A model generated the notes under the pieces. The model was not told the DNA's origin. It saw only the letters and a list, made by a program, of their open reading frames with translations, and did no database searches. Source: Camelus dromedarius (lineage: Eukaryota). Taken from it: a DNA stretch of 64,000 bases. Where the stretch lies: contig NC_087437.1 in NCBI RefSeq assembly GCF_036321535.1, positions 95,978,001 to 96,042,000 on the forward strand, written 5' to 3'. This document shows, piece after piece, positions 59,856-64,000 of this stretch. Position 1 is the first letter of the stretch, and each line of letters opens with the position of its first letter. The position numbers and the translations under genes are program-made.

Positions 59856-62374
59856 AATTTTACAAGGTTCAATTTTACAAGGCATTTTCTTGGATTTTTG
59901 CTACCAGTAAATAGTGTATGTCTCCTAACACCAGCCACATCTTCCTAATGTGACCCTGAAAAGTCAAAATGTCTCACGTTCTGGTTTACTGATGCCTTAA
60001 TCTTAAATTCATCCAGTGCTATTGTAATTTCTATATGTTATTTGTGTCCCTAAGTGCCAGTTCCTTTCTGTTTTCTAATGTTTCCAGCCAGCAAAACAAG
60101 GTGTAAGGGTATTGTAGGCCCCAACAAATAAAAATCTTTCTTTCCAATTAATGGAACACAGTTGTTCCAGGAAACACTAGGCATAAAGGGGAAGTCAAAA
60201 TTAAGATGTCACATTAAATAAGCCTCCTTCATCATGTCATAAGTTCTGGAAAAAGACCATAATTTTGCAAATGCCATTCATTCTTTGAGGTGATTGCAAA
60301 TATTGGTGATATTTTTCCCCTCCTGGTATGATACCATGATTATTCCTGATGGAGAGATTTATACCTACTGAGTTTAAGTTCACAGATCATGAGCTCTGCA
60401 TAATGGGCCCTGAACAACCAGCATGTTAGCAAAGGTGAAAACAAGACTTTCCATCTCTGTCCACCCTCCATCCTACAGCTGTTCTCATGCTCTTTCTTTT
60501 TTGCAAATTTCTTGGCTCTACAAACCAAATTTGCTCAAATAACACATTATTGTTACACAGTTGTTACCTGGTGTAGCAACCAGGGAGCAGATCTAGCTGG
60601 AGCAGGAACCCAGACAGACAGAATCAAGGGTTGGGAATCACTACACCATGGACAAATGGCACTGGTTATGATTTTATTCCACTTTGATGTTACATGGATT
60701 TATTTATTAGGCATAAAATAACTTTTAAAAGGAAATTATCAAAGTGATGAGTCAGCTTCAAAAAGTTCAGTGTTTTTGGTTCAACTGAGTACAAGTACTC
60801 TCATTTGATAATTCATTTTAAATGCCAGGCTTCCTATCTCATTTTCCTCCCAACTATTCAAATTTTATGTCCATCCAACAGCTGTATTCAAGGTAAATTT
60901 GCCAAATGTGAATCATTTTCTGTGCTGCTGGGTACCAGTTGCTAGGAATGATGCTTCATTGTTTTTCTCTTCAATGGCATCATTAAAACTCCAGTCAGTT
61001 AATCATCAAAGGAATTACACAAACAACTTTTTCAATTGCACCAAACATAACAAAGCTTGTCAAATTTATTCTTGTACAAAATTTCCATGACAATAATGAA
61101 GCAAACACCAGCGTCTGTCAGGCATCACAGTCTCTGCGTCAGTTTTATATTTATCTATCCTAAACTTGTCAAAATATCACGACCATCCCTAGGCAAATAT
61201 GTTTGCTTGAGATTTTGTACGTACCTTTGCCAAACGAAGACATTTAAACAATATGCCTATTTATGAATGCTCAATCCTAAATGATAAGTAAATACAAAAG
61301 GAAATAGAAGTGAGAATTTTTGGCTTCACATCAAATCTTTTTAAAAAATACTTTTCATGTGCATTAATTCCTTAATATAGTTTCAGCAATCACCCATTGC
61401 TAATTAGATTATGAGATATTTCTCTGATGCTGTACTTTAAATGGGTATCTAGAAACATTGCTATGACTTTAAAAGAGAAAAGGGAAAAGGAGGGTTAAGT
61501 GAATTTGTTACATCGGTCTTTCCTTCTTGCCAGATCCCTGCATTGTATCAGCGTCTATGATCAGCATCTGGATAGTCCCAGATTGAAGGTTAAAAAATGC
61601 GTAGAACAGGGATCTGAGGTGGTAACAGGAGTCTTCAGTTTAGACATCTTCCAAGTCTACCTTCTAATTTTCTGCTCTGAGTTAAGGACACAGGAGAGTT
61701 TTTGAATATAATGAAGATCTATCAACTAATTGGCCCACAGAGCAGATAACATTGATTTTGGTAAATTGTTGCCATTTCTCCACATTTGTGCTCCAAAAGA
61801 TGATTTCTAGGTTTTTCATTCAAATATGAATTGACTCTCCAGTGCATAGATAAGCTATTTTTAACCGTATGCTCCAAAGAGGTTTTTGTATTTTCCTTTT
61901 AATACTCCCCATCTAATGAAATATATTATACAAATAGAGCTTAGTATGAAACATATTTCTGTATTTTCCCCTTACTTGCTCTTGGATCCCATTAAAAATT
62001 TAAAATATTGGGAAAAAAACTCTTCCTTGAAATATTAAAATTACACTTTCAAATGCATAATAGAGTCAAAAACAATTTCCTCCAAGTTATTCAAAACAGT
62101 GTACTAACAAATCTCAATATTAAAACTAATGGGTTGCAATCAAAATAAATCAGCAAATAACAGTAATTAAAGCAAAGATGAAATATAGTACCAGAAATTC
62201 ACAGCAGTATAATTAGCCGTTTTGTCCTGCCTTAAGAAGGTTTCTAAGATAATTAGCACGGCACATCCTAAAGTTTTATTGATCTGGTTAAATTTACTAC
62301 TAACCAGTGCTCAGCAAATATATAATTTTCAGCAATAAACAAATATTAATGTGCTTGTTCTATTTTGATCTCTG

Positions 62375-62935
62375 CTTTAATTTTTTTGCATTGTAATGCT
62401 TTATTTAATACATAAATGATATTATGTGTAAGTTATAAAGAATAATAATATGAAGAATTACATTGAACCCACTACATAACTCCCCTAAATGGACTATGTC
62501 CTACAATTTCCATCTCCTTTGTGCCATTTTTTTCTCACAGCGCCCTTCGAGATAATCACTATTCTACATTCTGTGTTCACCACTCCCTAGATTTTCTAGT
62601 TTCATCATGTGAGTGTATTGCTGGGTTTTGTTTGAGTTCTATAGTTGTATATAATATTGTAAGTCATCCCCCAGGACTTGCTGTTTTGTCCTGATGTATC
62701 TTCATGTATCCCTGTTGTCATGTTGACCACAGTTCATTTCTTTTTACTGCGACATTGTCTCTAATTGTATGAATGTACCCCAGTTTGTTTATTTATTTGT
62801 TTGTCAATGTGATTTTGAATTTTTTCAAGTTTTGGAGGGATGTGTCATACTCTCTCTATTTTTATCCTCACAAACACTGCTTCTATGTTCTCTAGTGTCT
62901 ATGTATAAACTGTTCATTAAGTGTCTATTTCCTCT
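62375..62935 (-). mobile_element. Ancient L1ME 3' UTR, antisense
   Basis: GAGATAATCACTATTCTACATTCTGTGTT, CAGTTCATTTCTTTTTACTGC and TTGTATGAATGTACCCCAGTTTGTTTATT. Confidence 0.7.
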
Positions 62936-62944
62936 TTATACTGG

Positions 62945-63655
62945 GCACACAGTTAAATAAGCATGTAACAGTTCTGGCCAATGATATGTGAGACAAAGTA
63001 TTTTACATTTAGGAGACAGCTTTCAAGAAGTATGTTTGCCCTTTCCATGTTCTCGTTCCCCTTCCACCAACTGATCACAGAAAATAGAGGCTTTAGAAGA
63101 TGGGGAGGTTCACAAGCTCAGTCCCCAGGGTGAAATTTGAAACTGGACCCTATACACAGAGGGCAAGGAGAGACCAAAGGAAGAGGCAGACCAGGCCATA
63201 TTGGTGGGTTGCAGATTTAATAAGCAAAGGAGCTTACATAGGAGGCTTGTCTTGAGCAGACACAAGAGTAGATCTCCCCACCATACCCTACTCCCTGCCA
63301 GAATCTTAAAAGCTTATATAGAGGACTTAACAGGGTTCAGTCAAGATGGTCTCAACAACACCTTAGTCTCTCAAGTTTGCATCCTTGAAATGGCTCCTAG
63401 TGATGGAAGGTTGAGTAGAGCATACATTCCAAGGACAGGGGATGGGTAGGGAGCCTCTCTGATTGCCAGGATCCAGCTCTTGGATCAACTGGCAGTCACA
63501 TCCTCTCAACAACCGACAGTCTGAATGGTCATGCAGCACCCTCAGGGCAAGTGCTACATATTTGAATTATTATTTGAATGAGAAATAAACTTCTAGATTA
63601 TTAAGCCCATTTATACATTTTGTAATGTGCTTGTTAAAACTGTCAGTAGCCCTCT
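62945..63655 (+). mobile_element. Old MLT1-type LTR interrupted by an ERV LTR
   Basis: CATGTAACAGTTCTGGCCAATGATATGTGAG before the insertion. TGAGAAATAAACTTCTAGATTATTAAGCC after it. Confidence 0.65.
63125..63518 (-). mobile_element. ERV solo LTR, family unresolved
   Basis: Minus strand starts TGTCGGTTG. It has TATATAAG (plus-strand CTTATATA, about 63313-63320) and an ATTAAA poly(A) signal (plus-strand TTTAAT, about 63216-63221). The left terminus is degenerate. Confidence 0.7.
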
Positions 63656-63659
63656 AACT

Positions 63660-63909
63660 CAGTGTTTCACTGAGCAAAATGTTTCCACTACCACGCTCCC
63701 CAAGGAAGCATTTGACAATGTCTGTCAGAGCAGGGACCAGAGGAAGGTGAGGTATGACCTGAGAGGGCATGACTACCGACACCCTAAGCACCTCACTCCC
63801 AAAGCAGGTTGCTGCTGGAATCTAGTAAGTAAGGACCAGGGATGCTACTAAATCCCACAGTGCAGCCCCTGCCACAAAGTATCAATAGTGCCAAAATTGA
63901 CAAAACCTG
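63660..63909 (+). mobile_element. MER20 hAT DNA transposon with an internal insertion
   Basis: CAGTG...CATTTGACAATGTCTG...CTGGAATCTAGTAAGTAAGGACCAGGGATGCTACTAAA...TCAATAGTGCCAAAATTGACAAAACCTG. Degenerate 8-bp TSD CTCTAACT/TTCTAATT. Confidence 0.85.
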
Positions 63910-64000
63910 TTCTAATTAATACAAGCAAATAACAAATAAAAACTTAATAAATGATAGCAACCCTAAGGTAGCTTAAAATCTACACTTTACTAAATTTCTT

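Noticed and set aside
60738..60756. Adjacent TCF/LEF (ATCAAAG) and AP-1 (TGAGTCA) motifs, and another AP-1 near 58099
   Set aside because: Isolated 7-mers occur at background frequency, which is insufficient without conservation data.

Overview
AT-rich, CpG-depleted eutherian genomic DNA, most likely from a camelid (camel, alpaca or llama). The taxon is inferred from three copies of a tRNA-derived SINE resembling the camelid Vic-1 family and from young L1 3' ends. I find no recognisable protein-coding gene, RNA gene or CpG-island promoter. The supplied ORFs are short and fall in repeats or read as non-coding. A large part of the window is transposon fossils: L1 of several ages, L2, MIR, CR1/L3, ERV1/ERVL/MaLR solo LTRs and hAT DNA transposons, plus microsatellites. 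L1s and LTRs occur on both strands, which fits an intergenic or gene-desert setting. The best leads are a young intact ERV1-type solo LTR (2922-3463), repeat-free motif-dense islands that may be enhancers (about 16.1, 36.4, 45.5 and 47.5 kb), a possible frame-preserving orphan exon (33326-33367/33421), two L1s split by foreign genomic filler, and a readable CR1 RT fossil. I cannot support a new biological system from this sequence alone. Repeat subfamily names come from recalled consensus similarity, not from a database search.
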